Source of the DNA: a virus
Taxonomy: Duplodnaviria > Caudoviricetes
Strand: one strand, 5' to 3'
IMG/VR virus record: IMGVR_UViG_3300021399_000134
Coordinates: 1-64,000 of that record
Length of the DNA stretch: 64,000 nucleotides
Both the position numbers and the translations under genes were made by a program. The notes under the pieces were generated by a model, which was not told the DNA's origin, did not search any database, and worked only from the letters and a program-made list of their open reading frames with translations. Below, piece after piece: positions 1-9,855 of this stretch. The first letter of the stretch is position 1. Each line of letters opens with the position of its first letter.

Positions 1-139
1 ACACACCTATGGATGTACCTTCAGTCCATTGCTCTGTGAGTGCCAACCAAGAAACAATGCTAATGTCCTGCATTGATAACAGGGAAACACAAGACCTTCT
101 TTCCGTCATTGGCACGAAGGAAAATTCACCGAAAGGTAG
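1..139 (+). ncRNA. 3' portion of IscB omegaRNA (HEARO-type) scaffold; 5' end and guide lie outside the window
   Basis: Non-coding and directly upstream of iscB. Contains CCTATGGATG..CTTCAGTCCAT, ..CATTGGCACGAAGG and ..CACCGAAAGGT segments resembling omegaRNA scaffolds. Confidence 0.7.
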
Positions 140-148
140 GTGTCAGAA

Positions 149-1390
149 ATGACAAATTATTGTTTTGTGTTGGATGCTGATGGAAAACCATTGTCACCAA
201 CAAAAGAAGTAAAGGCGTGGTATATGATACGAAAAAGGAAAGCCTCTCTTGTATCAAAATATCCTATGACAATCCAACTAAAGCAAGTAATACCAACAGA
301 GGAAATTTGTAAAGATGAAATTCGCCTCGGACTTGACGATGGGGGATTACATACAGGTATTGCCATAGTACAGAAGTGTCAAACTAAAAACAAAGTGCTT
401 TTTAAGGGAACAATAGAACAGCGTAACGATGTAAAGCATCTTATGGAAGTTCGCAGGGGTTATCGTAGGTATCATAGATACCATAAAAGATACCGTAAGC
501 AAAGGTTTAATAACCGTAAAGCATCTAAAAGAAATGGTCGTATAGCACCAAGTATTTTACAAAAACGACAAGCGACTATACGAGTAATACATCGTTTAAA
601 TAAGTGGATTAATATTACAAGTTATTGGCTTGAAGATGTTGCTATTGATATACGAGCATTAACAGATGGTTATAGACCGTATAATTGGCAGTATCAAAAA
701 TCAAACCGTTTAGATGAGAACATCCGTAAAGCTGTAATATTTCGAGATGATTGCAAGTGTATGGAATGTGGTAAATCTAACACAGTATTAGAAGTACATC
801 ATATAAAACCTCGCAGATTAAATGGCTCTAATACGTTAGGTAACCTTATCACACTATGTAGTAAGTGCCATCAAAAGACTGAAGGTATAGAAGAACAGTA
901 TATGCAACATTATTTCAATATGCTTGGTACAACTGATAATAAGAGTCTTAACTATGCAAGCCATGTAATGATAGGCAAAAAGTGGTTAAGAGGTCAATTA
1001 TCAGAGCTTGGTATTTTATATCTTACAAACGGTGGCGATACTGCTAATAAGCGTATTGATTGGAATATAGAAAAATCTCATTCAAATGATGCTATTTGTA
1101 TTACAGATTTACAACCTGACACTACTGACATTAAAGAGTGGACTATTAAACCAATGCGTAGACAGAGTAAAGCTAAAACAGATAATATACTTGGCATTAA
1201 ACACAAAGACCTTGTAGAGTATACATTCAAAAATGGAGAAACATATAGGGGTTATGTAACAGCTTTATATCCTGAATTAAGTGCTTTAAATTTTCAAAGT
1301 CCTACAAAACATTGTAAAAAAGTCAATGCTAAAAAATGTAGACTGATTTGGAAATATTCAAAGATATATTGGTTAGATAATATAGCGTAA
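149..1390 (+). CDS. iscB: IscB RNA-guided endonuclease (IS200/IS605 OMEGA system)
   Basis: PLMP-like N-terminus ([12 protein letters not shown]), RuvC-I ([11 protein letters not shown]), Arg-rich bridge helix (RRGYRRYHR), RuvC-II (LEDV), HNH ([32 protein letters not shown]), RuvC-III (SHSNDAICI). ATG at 149 preferred over GTG at 140. Confidence 0.92.
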   Translation: MTNYCFVLDADGKPLSPTKEVKAWYMIRKRKASLVSKYPMTIQLKQVIPTEEICKDEIRLGLDDGGLHTGIAIVQKCQTKNKVLFKGTIEQRNDVKHLMEVRRGYRRYHRYHKRYRKQRFNNRKASKRNGRIAPSILQKRQATIRVIHRLNKWINITSYWLEDVAIDIRALTDGYRPYNWQYQKSNRLDENIRKAVIFRDDCKCMECGKSNTVLEVHHIKPRRLNGSNTLGNLITLCSKCHQKTEGIEEQYMQHYFNMLGTTDNKSLNYASHVMIGKKWLRGQLSELGILYLTNGGDTANKRIDWNIEKSHSNDAICITDLQPDTTDIKEWTIKPMRRQSKAKTDNILGIKHKDLVEYTFKNGETYRGYVTALYPELSALNFQSPTKHCKKVNAKKCRLIWKYSKIYWLDNIA

Positions 1391-1446
1391 ACACATTTGA
1401 GTACATTTGTATATAAATGACAATATTTTTATAAGGAGGAATAAGT

Positions 1447-1587
1447 ATGAATGTTGAGATTAAAGAATTATTAGCAAATATTGCAAATTACGAAGATTGG
1501 GATTATAAAGCATACCCTCTTCAAAAGGAAGAAGCAGAACTTATTATACATATTATAAAGGAAAAAGGTGAGTCTGATGAAACATGA
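1447..1587 (+). CDS. small hypothetical protein, 46 aa (MNVEIKELLANIANYEDWDYK...)
   Basis: Translated manually. SD AAGGAGG upstream; overlaps the next start. Not in the ORF track. Confidence 0.55.
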   Translation: MNVEIKELLANIANYEDWDYKAYPLQKEEAELIIHIIKEKGESDET

Positions 1588-2905
1588 TATTCAAGAATTA
1601 ACACGTTTACAAGGATTACCATTAAAGGCTAAAGTATCATTAACGCAACAAAGAATACAACAATGGGTACTGTATTATGGATTAGATAATGTATATGTTT
1701 CTTTTAGTGGTGGTAAAGATAGTACAGTGCTATTAGATATTGCTAGAAAGATGTATCCAAATATACAAGCAGTATTTATTAATACTGGGTTAGAATATCC
1801 TGAAATTGTAGATTTTGTGAATACTTTTGATAATGTAGCAATCATTACACCAAATCATACTTTTAAAGATGTAATATGCAAATATGGTTATCCTATGGTT
1901 TCTAAAGAAGTTAGCGAATGTGTAGCTGGTGCTAGAAAATATCTAGATGTTATTATTAAAGAAAATAGTTCCGAAAATGCTCCGTATTATTATTTAGAAA
2001 AATTATTAGGTAGTGGAGTGTTTTCAAAAAATGATAAACCCTCAAAAGAATTAGAAGATTTAGCAGATATGTTAAATTCAAGAATGTTGCATAAAGAGGG
2101 TGGTTCAAATCAAAGGTTAGCACAACTCTTAGGGATTTTTACAAACGATTCTTCACATCCAATAAATGCTAATGTTACCCAAAATAATCGTAGTGTTTTT
2201 TCACAAGAAAAATGGAAGTTTTTACTTAAAGCACCTTTTGATGTTTCAAATCAATGCTGCACGGCAATGAAAAAATCTCCTGCTCATGGAATTAAGAAAT
2301 ATAAAATTACTGCTCAAATGGCTTCAGAGAGTAGATTAAGAACACAAAAGTGGCTTGATAATGGTTGTAATGGATTTGATTTAAAAAAGCCTACGTCAAA
2401 TCCTATGGCATTTTGGACTAATCAAGATGTATTAACTTATATTAGATTAAATGATATACAAATTGCATCTGTATACGGAGATGTAGTCACAGAAGAAGAA
2501 TTAATAGGACAAATGACCATTGGAGATTTTTTAGATTTAGACTTAATGGAATTATTTGAATTTGACAGACCTACATTTTGTACTACTGGTTGCAATAGAA
2601 CAGGTTGTGTATTTTGTGGTTTTGGATTACATCTTGAAAAAAGACCTAATCGTTTAGAGATGATTGATAAAGTATCTAACCCTAGAATTCGTGATTTTTG
2701 TCTGCGAGGGGGGGCATTCACAGACGAAGGTTTGTGGAAACCTGATAATCGAGGTTTAGGCATGTGGTTTGTGATTCAATATATTAATGTTCATGGTGGC
2801 TTTGATATATTTATTCCAGAATACGATAAGTACGAAAAAATGTATGGTAATGATTTGACTAATAAATATTTATATGGAGGTGATAATGATGCACAAAAGA
2901 ATTAA
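1577..2905 (+). CDS. PAPS/APS reductase-family (PP-loop) protein
   Basis: YVSFSGGKDS PP-loop, NTGLEYPE, NQCC and RTGCVFC cysteine motifs. Confidence 0.85.
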   Translation: MKHDIQELTRLQGLPLKAKVSLTQQRIQQWVLYYGLDNVYVSFSGGKDSTVLLDIARKMYPNIQAVFINTGLEYPEIVDFVNTFDNVAIITPNHTFKDVICKYGYPMVSKEVSECVAGARKYLDVIIKENSSENAPYYYLEKLLGSGVFSKNDKPSKELEDLADMLNSRMLHKEGGSNQRLAQLLGIFTNDSSHPINANVTQNNRSVFSQEKWKFLLKAPFDVSNQCCTAMKKSPAHGIKKYKITAQMASESRLRTQKWLDNGCNGFDLKKPTSNPMAFWTNQDVLTYIRLNDIQIASVYGDVVTEEELIGQMTIGDFLDLDLMELFEFDRPTFCTTGCNRTGCVFCGFGLHLEKRPNRLEMIDKVSNPRIRDFCLRGGAFTDEGLWKPDNRGLGMWFVIQYINVHGGFDIFIPEYDKYEKMYGNDLTNKYLYGGDNDAQKN

Positions 2906-3101
2906 AAAATTATTAATTGATAATGATATGACGCAAGGTCAATTAGCTAAAAAAGTAAATACTACTGAGGCAAATATGTCGAGGTATTGCAGAGGAGAAA
3001 GAATACCTAATGCAGTAATGATTGGAAAAATCGCCAAAGAATTGCACACAACAACAGATTATTTGATTTTTGGAGGTCAAGATTATGGCAAATTTAATTA
3101 A
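2886..3101 (+). CDS. Cro/C1 (XRE) helix-turn-helix regulator
   Basis: MTQGQLAKKVNTTEANMSRYCRGERIP HTH pattern; SD GGAGG at 2876-2880. Confidence 0.85.
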   Translation: MMHKRIKKLLIDNDMTQGQLAKKVNTTEANMSRYCRGERIPNAVMIGKIAKELHTTTDYLIFGGQDYGKFN

Positions 3102-3429
3102 TAGACTTATTGATAATAGTGGAATGTCGCAAAGTGCAGTATCTCGAATTACTGGTATACCATTAATGACTATCAACAGATATTACTTAGGTCAGTCTAA
3201 ACCTAACTATAAGAAATTTTTAAAAATTATAAGTGCGTGTGGGTATAGTTTTTATATTAGTAACGATCCAAAGCGTGTTGTAAAGGATGAATTATTAGAA
3301 ATACTAAAAGAAATTGAAGAAATAGGTCATGATAAAAAATTAATGCTCCTAGAAGAAGATTACATAGACCAGGAAGAAGTCATAAACATAATTCAAAATC
3401 ATTTATCAGAAGGTGGTGGGAAGAATTGA
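3085..3429 (+). CDS. XRE-type HTH protein with acidic C-terminal extension
   Basis: MSQSAVSRITGIPLMTINRYYLGQSKP HTH pattern; SD GGAGG upstream of ATG 3085. Confidence 0.75.
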   Translation: MANLINRLIDNSGMSQSAVSRITGIPLMTINRYYLGQSKPNYKKFLKIISACGYSFYISNDPKRVVKDELLEILKEIEEIGHDKKLMLLEEDYIDQEEVINIIQNHLSEGGGKN

Positions 3430-4106
3430 TTAAATTTGAAAGAACAAGAGTAATGAATTTAGATAATGCAATCTATGGTTGCAGAAATCCATTGAATAGT
3501 TGGAATTTGAGCGATAGTGGATATTATAACACAGAAATGGATTTACTTATGAATGAGCCTATTAGTGATGAAGAATACGTTGTTGGTAAAGAAGATTTAA
3601 AATTAATGTCAAGACTTGTTAAAGCAGGTACTTCGCATAGGAAGTTTTTAAGACAAATCTTTGTTTCTGTTCAAGTTACTGCACCATTATATTGGTGGAA
3701 ACAAATGGACCAATATAAAGTTGGTGTAACTACTGATTCTTGCTCCACAATGCATTGCATACACAAAAGACCGTTGGAGCAGACTGACTTTAGCATTGAA
3801 CATATGACAGATGAAGGATTGAAAGCATTAAACCAAACATTAGTAGTTTTAGAAAATCTTAGAAAATCATATCTAGAAAATCATACTAATAAAGATATAT
3901 GGTATACGCTTATTAAATTATTACCTAACTGTTATAACCAAACAAGAATGTTAACCATGTCATATGAAAATTGTGTCGCAATATTTAATGATAGACGAGG
4001 ACATAAATTAGAAGAATGGCACAGTATGTGTGAATGGATTAAAGATTTACCATATATGAAAGATATGTTTCCAGAAATGGCTGATTATCGAAAGGAAGGT
4101 GAGTAA
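3426..4106 (+). CDS. ThyX-fold-like protein with divergent active-site motif
   Basis: HRKFLRQIFVSVQVTAPLYWWKQMDQYKVG..SCSTMH aligns by eye with the ThyX core; adjacent to dUTPase. Confidence 0.55.
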   Translation: MIKFERTRVMNLDNAIYGCRNPLNSWNLSDSGYYNTEMDLLMNEPISDEEYVVGKEDLKLMSRLVKAGTSHRKFLRQIFVSVQVTAPLYWWKQMDQYKVGVTTDSCSTMHCIHKRPLEQTDFSIEHMTDEGLKALNQTLVVLENLRKSYLENHTNKDIWYTLIKLLPNCYNQTRMLTMSYENCVAIFNDRRGHKLEEWHSMCEWIKDLPYMKDMFPEMADYRKEGE

Positions 4107-4451
4107 ATGAAAGAAATATTTGCTAATGTGTCTACAGCAGAACAAGAAACTGTTATACAGTTTTCAAGAGATACAGAAGAAGTGACTGTATGGACTTCTG
4201 ACCGCACTATTATGACTAAATTAGATAAGTTGTGTGATGCATCACCAAAAAATTATAAAATCAAAGAAGTTGATTATGTTGAGGGTAACAAAGTATATAA
4301 CAGAGTGTATGCTTTAAAAAACAAAAAACTTGTATCTTTTAGAAGTGGTAATGCTAAGCGTGAATATACTGAGGAAGAAAAAGAAATGATGGCAGAAAGA
4401 ATGAGAAAAGCCAGAAAAGTGAAAGGGGAGAAAAACAAAAATGCAGATTAA
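4107..4451 (+). CDS. hypothetical protein
   Basis: ORF track; abuts neighbours in the operon. Confidence 0.75.
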   Translation: MKEIFANVSTAEQETVIQFSRDTEEVTVWTSDRTIMTKLDKLCDASPKNYKIKEVDYVEGNKVYNRVYALKNKKLVSFRSGNAKREYTEEEKEMMAERMRKARKVKGEKNKNAD

Positions 4452-4869
4452 AATTAAATATTTTGATAATGAGATTACTAAAGTAGAAAAAATTGTTCAG
4501 GGCGATTGGATTGATTTAAGAAGTGCTAAAGAAATATCTATGAAAAAAGGCGATTTTTCTTTAATTCCTCTAGGGATAGCAATGGAATTACCTAAAGGTT
4601 ACGAAGCTCATGTTGTACCAAGAAGTTCAACTTTTAAAAATTATGGCATTCTTTTAGTGAATAGCACAGGTATCATTGATAATTCGTATAATGGCGACAA
4701 TGATCAGTGGTGGTTTCCAGCATATGCTACTAGAGATATTACTATACCAAAAAATGACAGAATTTGTCAGTTCAGAATCATGAAAAATCAACCAGAGTTT
4801 GAATTTCAATTTGTGGATATGTTAGGTAATGAGGATAGAGGAGGTTTAGGCTCAACTGGAAAGGAGTAG
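4441..4869 (+). CDS. dut: trimeric dUTPase
   Basis: Motifs DWIDL, PRSS, GIIDNSY, RICQ and C-terminal RGGLGSTG. Confidence 0.93.
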   Translation: MQIKIKYFDNEITKVEKIVQGDWIDLRSAKEISMKKGDFSLIPLGIAMELPKGYEAHVVPRSSTFKNYGILLVNSTGIIDNSYNGDNDQWWFPAYATRDITIPKNDRICQFRIMKNQPEFEFQFVDMLGNEDRGGLGSTGKE

Positions 4870-4872
4870 GTT

Positions 4873-5046
4873 ATGGGAAGTGTATTGTTACAAGCAAGAC
4901 GAAGAGCTCAAAAGAAACAAAGAAAGTTATTCGTTGAAGATAGCAGAAATATTATTCTCTCTAAATGGTACTTTAATCAGTTGCTTGAAGAGGCTATTAG
5001 AGATATTGAATTGGAAAATGAAACGAGAAAGAGGTGTGGCTTATGA
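4873..5046 (+). CDS. small hypothetical protein, 57 aa (MGSVLLQARRRAQKKQRKLF...)
   Basis: Translated manually. SD AAGGAG upstream; ATGA overlap with the next gene. Preferred over track ORF 4880..5077. Confidence 0.65.
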   Translation: MGSVLLQARRRAQKKQRKLFVEDSRNIILSKWYFNQLLEEAIRDIELENETRKRCGL

Positions 5047-5546
5047 TGTTCGTATGGAAAGAAAGTGTATATCGTAATAAGTTTAAGTGTTGCAAGTGTG
5101 GGGCTTTATTAATGGAAAACAATAAACCAACCGAAAATTTAGGTGTCAATGTTTCTGAGTTTAAGAATAAATTGAGTGATAGTGCTAGTTGCTATTGTAA
5201 AAAATGTAATGATTTTGTCGCAACTTTAAGTGATAAAACTAGCAAGATTGATGCCAAAGAATTGCAAAAACTCAACGGTAATGTACAGGAAGTGCTAGAA
5301 AAATATTCTAAAAAAACTCGTGCAGTCGATAAGAAAATCAATGAATTAAATGCTTTAAAATTAAATTATAAAAATGCAATTGCTGAAAATGAACGCATTA
5401 AAAGAGTAAATATTAATCAACAGAATAAAATTGCCGACCTGGAAAGCAAACTATCAGCTCTAAGACGCAGTTTTGATAAAACAGTTTTAGATTATGAACA
5501 TAGACTAGATGAAATAATCAAAGCAAAGGAAAAAGAAGATGTTTGA
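5043..5546 (+). CDS. hypothetical Zn-ribbon plus coiled-coil protein
   Basis: CCKC and CKKC pairs followed by a heptad-rich C-terminus. Confidence 0.65.
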   Translation: MMFVWKESVYRNKFKCCKCGALLMENNKPTENLGVNVSEFKNKLSDSASCYCKKCNDFVATLSDKTSKIDAKELQKLNGNVQEVLEKYSKKTRAVDKKINELNALKLNYKNAIAENERIKRVNINQQNKIADLESKLSALRRSFDKTVLDYEHRLDEIIKAKEKEDV

Positions 5547-5799
5547 AAAGGGTAGTCAGGAGCATACAATTTTTGTTGATTATTGGAAGATTTGTAAAAA
5601 ATATGGGGACTTAATTAAGCAGAATGATACTAAAGCATTTAACAATGATAAGTTTTGGAAAGATATGTTAGCAGACTTTGAACAGTTTAATAATACTTAT
5701 AAGGAAGAATATGAGCAATTAGCAGTTAGTATTTCCTTAGCAGCCGTTGATTTTTTCGAAGCAAAGTATAGGAGGAGTAAAGATGCAAGTGACAAGTAA
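5539..5799 (+). CDS. hypothetical protein
   Basis: ORF track; overlaps neighbours. Confidence 0.7.
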   Translation: MFEKGSQEHTIFVDYWKICKKYGDLIKQNDTKAFNNDKFWKDMLADFEQFNNTYKEEYEQLAVSISLAAVDFFEAKYRRSKDASDK

Positions 5800-5971
5800 T
5801 AACTTCGGAGAGTTGTGGACTGTGACCGATTTATGTAATCATTTGAAAATTGGCAAGAAGAAAGCATATAATATGATAAAGGATGAATCTTTTCCTAGTA
5901 TTAAGATTGGTAATGAATATCGTATACCAAAAGATTTATATTTTGACTGGTTGAAAAATAAAATGTATTAG
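5783..5971 (+). CDS. xis: excisionase-like HTH (HTH_17/Xis) protein
   Basis: WTVTDLCNHLKIGKKKAYNMIKDESFPSIKIGNEYRIPKD; SD AGGAGG; upstream of the integrase. Confidence 0.8.
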   Translation: MQVTSNNFGELWTVTDLCNHLKIGKKKAYNMIKDESFPSIKIGNEYRIPKDLYFDWLKNKMY

Positions 5972-6218
5972 TTTTGTGGTTTGGGTAAAAAAATGGGTAA
6001 TGAAAATTGAAAGTCTATATTTAAAGGGCTTTATAGGGTAAAGTTAAATTATCAGTAAAATAATCTTACCACATTTCACAATATCATACAGAAAGCACTG
6101 CAAACCACCTATTCGTAGGTGGTTTCGCTATTTTTGGCAAGTGGTCATCTGTTCCTTTTTTTACCCTTTTTTAGTATGTAAAAGTCAACTCATCTGGGTA
6201 AAATTTGGGTAATAATTA
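5972..6218. other. candidate attP region with integrase arm-type repeats
   Basis: TGGGTAA pairs at 5982/5994 and 6195/6206, AGGGTAA at 6035, inverted copy at 6161; lies between xis and int. Confidence 0.6.
6100..6135 (+). terminator. intrinsic terminator-like hairpin ending the xis operon
   Basis: AAACCACCTA-TTCG-TAGGTGGTTT stem-loop followed by CGCTATTTTT. Confidence 0.6.
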
Positions 6219-6247
6219 TTGACAATTTAATTTCCGCATAGTAATAT
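6219..6247 (+). promoter_or_regulatory. sigmaA-type promoter for the integrase
   Basis: TTGACA-17 bp-TAATAT, directly after the last TGGGTAA repeat. Confidence 0.55.
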
Positions 6248-6279
6248 CAATAAAAAATAATTGTGGAGGTTGAATTGTT

Positions 6280-7401
6280 ATGGGTAAACGAATGAGTGGT
6301 GAAGGTTCGTGGGATAAACGAACTATCAATGGTCATAGATATTTTAGGTATCGTAAAAAATATGGTAATCAAAATAAAGAGTTTTATGGTAAAACCAAAG
6401 CAGAGGTAGTTGAGAAAATACAAAAGTATGAAAACAGCAACCAAAATACATTGAAGGAATCTAATATTCTATTAAAAGATTTTATGTGGGATTGGTTAGT
6501 CAAGGTTAGAATCAATGAAGTAGGAGATAGCAGTTATACTTCAAATCTTAAAACATATAAATATACTATAAAAAATCATACTATTAGCAATATGAAAATC
6601 AAGGATATTAAGCCACAGCATGTGCAAGAATGGGTAAATAGTCTAACGCAAAGAATAGCAAAGAATAGCATAACAAAACACTATTATTTATTAAGAGGTT
6701 GCTTTAAATACGCTATAACAATAGGTTTATTAACGGATAACCCTTGTAATGGTGTTTCACTTCCTGGCGAAAATATAGTTGTAAAAAAGCGAAGAGTAAT
6801 ATCTTATTTAAATGCATCAGAATTAGAAATACTCTGTAACGAGATTGAGGCTACTAAAGAAGATGGTATTACTCCTAAACATTCAATAAATATGCACTTT
6901 ATAATCATACTTGCATATACTGGTTTACGCATAGGCGAATTAATGGCTCTTACATGGGATGACATTGATTTTGCAACAAAAACTCTACATGTTCGTCATA
7001 CAACTGCACGAAAAACAGATATAACTACAGGTAAGGAAGTTATTGTTGTCAAAGAGCCTAAGTATAATTCAGTTAGGGATGTGCCTTTGGCTGACAGAGC
7101 GATTAACTCTTTGAAACTTATTAAATCTAAATCTCAATCCGATAAAGTGGTTACTATCACATCTGCATCTATAAGAAAAAATATGCTAAAGTTAATGAAA
7201 GAGTTAGGAATTGATAAACCTAATTTCGGTTTGCACGCTTTACGCCATACTTTCGGGTCTGTGTTGTTGGAAAAAGGTGTTGATTTGAAAGTAATTTCTG
7301 ATTTGCTAGGACATAAGAATATAGCAGTAACTGCTAATGTATATGTCAATGTTTCTAGTTCATTAGCAAGAAAATCAATAGAAGTATTGAACAAATCGTA
7401 A
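6280..7401 (+). CDS. int: tyrosine integrase with N-terminal arm-binding domain
   Basis: TGLRIGELMAL (Arg), HALRHTF (HxxR), LLGH...TANVY (His/Tyr); N-terminus GEGSWDKR..GKTKAEV. Confidence 0.93.
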   Translation: MGKRMSGEGSWDKRTINGHRYFRYRKKYGNQNKEFYGKTKAEVVEKIQKYENSNQNTLKESNILLKDFMWDWLVKVRINEVGDSSYTSNLKTYKYTIKNHTISNMKIKDIKPQHVQEWVNSLTQRIAKNSITKHYYLLRGCFKYAITIGLLTDNPCNGVSLPGENIVVKKRRVISYLNASELEILCNEIEATKEDGITPKHSINMHFIIILAYTGLRIGELMALTWDDIDFATKTLHVRHTTARKTDITTGKEVIVVKEPKYNSVRDVPLADRAINSLKLIKSKSQSDKVVTITSASIRKNMLKLMKELGIDKPNFGLHALRHTFGSVLLEKGVDLKVISDLLGHKNIAVTANVYVNVSSSLARKSIEVLNKS

Positions 7402-7434
7402 AAAAGGGGATAGGTACAAACTGTATCTATCCCC
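7400..7434 (-). terminator. terminator between convergent int and lysis genes
   Basis: GGGGATAGGTACA / TGTATCTATCCCC stem; T-tract on the - strand. Confidence 0.8.
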
Positions 7435-7467
7435 TAAAGGAGAGTAAATATGCTTATTCAAACATAA

Positions 7468-8247
7468 CTAATCAACATTTTTAATTGCTTTCTTCATGGT
7501 TGTATATGCTTTCTTGCCATATATATCGCCATTATGAGATTCTAATTTCTTAGAAACTTTGAAAGTCTTTAAAGCCTCAGAAGTCTTATCGCCATAATCT
7601 CCGTCAACTATAATACCTGTATGAACAGTAGCATTTAAACACTTCTGTAACTGCTTAACACTTGCACCTTTAGCACCTTTCTTGAGTGTAGGCTTAGGGG
7701 CTACAAGTTTGGTTGGTTTAATATCATAGTTTGGATTACCATAACCAAGAATTTTTATATAACTCATTGCATATGCTTTTCTTGCCACAGCTCCACCATT
7801 ATCAACTACTTCATCTGCTTTGCTAGTGTTACCTTCGATGGTGTGTACATAACCGTTGGATACACGCTCAACTATACCGATATGATCTGAACGAGTAGAA
7901 TATTTAACCCAGTAAAAAATTACATCACCCCTTTTGGGTGTATAACCATTTGCAGGATGGTATCTACCAGCTTTGATAAATTGCTGGCGAATAGTTTCAC
8001 ATGCTGCTGAATAACCACCACATAACAATTTTAAACCATTTTCATAACCATATGATTTAGCAAAAAGCCAAGATAGAAATTCACAACACCAATATACACC
8101 ATTCATATTGTACCATTTACCGTATTTAGTAAAGTTTTTATCACCAGCATTTTTCTTTTTTGAATACAAGTAAGCATTAGTTTCTTTTTCTAAATAACCT
8201 ACTTCGCCTTGTGCTTTTTTAATTACTTTGTTTTTATAAAGTTTCAT
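7468..8247 (-). CDS. endolysin: CHAP domain plus peptidoglycan-binding domain
   Basis: YWCCEFLSW (Cys), DHIGIVE..TIEGNTS (His), PTLKKGAKGASVKQLQKCLN..VDGDYG. Confidence 0.9.
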   Translation of the reverse strand: MKLYKNKVIKKAQGEVGYLEKETNAYLYSKKKNAGDKNFTKYGKWYNMNGVYWCCEFLSWLFAKSYGYENGLKLLCGGYSAACETIRQQFIKAGRYHPANGYTPKRGDVIFYWVKYSTRSDHIGIVERVSNGYVHTIEGNTSKADEVVDNGGAVARKAYAMSYIKILGYGNPNYDIKPTKLVAPKPTLKKGAKGASVKQLQKCLNATVHTGIIVDGDYGDKTSEALKTFKVSKKLESHNGDIYGKKAYTTMKKAIKNVD

Positions 8248-8624
8248 AGAAAACTATTCTCCTCTCTGCACTTAATATAAGTGCTTTTAATGTTCTCAAT
8301 TGCAAGAATTGCCTTTGAGTTAGGATAATTTGGATGCTCTTTACAGTAACGCTCATAAATCGTGATGTCGTCCAAGATTTGGTCGAAGTGTTCTTCTGTG
8401 TGCTTGACATGGTGTCTTAATTCGTCATCAAAGCGAATAAGCCTATATCTACAAGTAGAGGCTGTATTCTCGTCTAACTTATCTAAAACATCAACCGTTA
8501 GAGCTTTTCCTAATGCTTTTGCTACGACACTCCAAGGGTTTAGTTTGAGTGGTGTAACCTGAATTAGTGTTAGTAGTAGAATAAGCATGCCACCGCCACT
8601 AACTAAAATCTCTTGTAATGTCAT
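8244..8624 (-). CDS. holin-like/lysis-cassette membrane protein
   Basis: N-terminal hydrophobic helix (GGGMLILLLTLIQVTPLKLNPW); position in the lysis cassette. Confidence 0.55.
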   Translation of the reverse strand: MTLQEILVSGGGMLILLLTLIQVTPLKLNPWSVVAKALGKALTVDVLDKLDENTASTCRYRLIRFDDELRHHVKHTEEHFDQILDDITIYERYCKEHPNYPNSKAILAIENIKSTYIKCREENSFL

Positions 8625-8845
8625 TACTCCTCCTCTTCGGTTTCAGAAACTTCTGTATAGCCAGCTCTGACACCATCAACATACGCCTCGCAGAAACTGT
8701 AAATTGCACCACTTACAATCGTGCAAATAGTACCTACTAGTGCTAATTTAGAATTATCGTTTGCCATACCTACAATACCAGCCCCAATTGATGCAAGCAT
8801 TGAAGCTACTGCAATCCAAAACTTTCTTGATTTAAGTTTATTCAT
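8624..8845 (-). CDS. holin
   Basis: 73 aa with two TM segments (KLKSRKFWIAVASMLASIG; LALVGTICTIVSGAIY) and an acidic tail. Confidence 0.7.
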   Translation of the reverse strand: MNKLKSRKFWIAVASMLASIGAGIVGMANDNSKLALVGTICTIVSGAIYSFCEAYVDGVRAGYTEVSETEEEE

Positions 8846-8862
8846 TTGCTTTTCCTCCTTCT

Positions 8863-9852
8863 TTAGCGTCCAAAAGATGTTCCGTTATCTTCTGCTATAA
8901 TGAATGTGCTAGTACCACTTACTAAAACTATATTATCAGGTCGACCACCTTGCGTACCACTTACATCACTTGTATTAATTGCTACACAACCAGTTCTAGA
9001 GTTTTCAGCATAATATAATTCATCATTTTCAATATAATATGCTTTCATTCCAATTACTGCGTCAGCTACAAAGTTTGTATAATCTTCATAGCCATTCATT
9101 TGCATACTGTTTGCAATATAAAACCCACCTGCTGCAGCTAAGATGGAAAATCTGTATATATTTACAGAGGTATCAGATACCTTGATGTATTTATCGTAAA
9201 TAACGGTTGAGAAAAAGTACGCATCATTACTGGTAGGCATAAAAGCAAAAGAATTATCAACTATTAAAGTCTGAAAGATACAATTAGTATCACTTGGTAA
9301 ATTATAATATAAAGACATAAGCATTGTATTATCAGCACCATTTTCAAATACTGACATTTCAATATGACTATCATCTTGTTTAATATAAATACCATTATTA
9401 GTATCATTTGTATACAATATAGAATTTGAATTACTGTCAGTCGTTATATTAAAACCTAATGCTGTAGCCATAGCAGTTACATTAAAAGTGCTAGGAGTAC
9501 AAGTGTATGTATTCAAAATATCCGTTGAATTACTTGCCCATGTTAAACTACCACTTGATGGTGGTTCTGTATTAGTAAAGTTTTCAATAATAGTTGCAAA
9601 TGTAGCATTACTATCTGTTGGTGTTCCAGCATTGGTTAATGCTGTGGCAATATTATTTTTGTTAGACAGTACATTGTTAGTCGCACTTACAATTTCATCA
9701 TAGACTACACCACTTGTAATAAAATTGGTACTATTTTCTGTAGCAACATCATCAAAATACATAGCACTTTGTTTGGTTGCTAATACATCATAAATTGCTT
9801 TGGAACTAACAGGATTTTCGGATGTTGTGCTTAATTCTGTATCTAAAGCCAT
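8863..9852 (-). CDS. modular tail-fibre-like protein
   Basis: N-terminal DTELSTTSENPV / DDVATENSTN repeats, anchor module, unique C-terminal domain. Confidence 0.6.
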   Translation of the reverse strand: MALDTELSTTSENPVSSKAIYDVLATKQSAMYFDDVATENSTNFITSGVVYDEIVSATNNVLSNKNNIATALTNAGTPTDSNATFATIIENFTNTEPPSSGSLTWASNSTDILNTYTCTPSTFNVTAMATALGFNITTDSNSNSILYTNDTNNGIYIKQDDSHIEMSVFENGADNTMLMSLYYNLPSDTNCIFQTLIVDNSFAFMPTSNDAYFFSTVIYDKYIKVSDTSVNIYRFSILAAAGGFYIANSMQMNGYEDYTNFVADAVIGMKAYYIENDELYYAENSRTGCVAINTSDVSGTQGGRPDNIVLVSGTSTFIIAEDNGTSFGR

Positions 9853-9855
9853 TTA

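Noticed and set aside
4880-5077. Track ORF 4880..5077
   Set aside because: The alternative frame 4873..5046 has the SD and the ATGA coupling to the next gene.
6120-6160. tRNA 3' fragment as the att core (..CACTTGCCA on the - strand)
   Set aside because: No T-arm GTTCRA motif or cloverleaf could be built.
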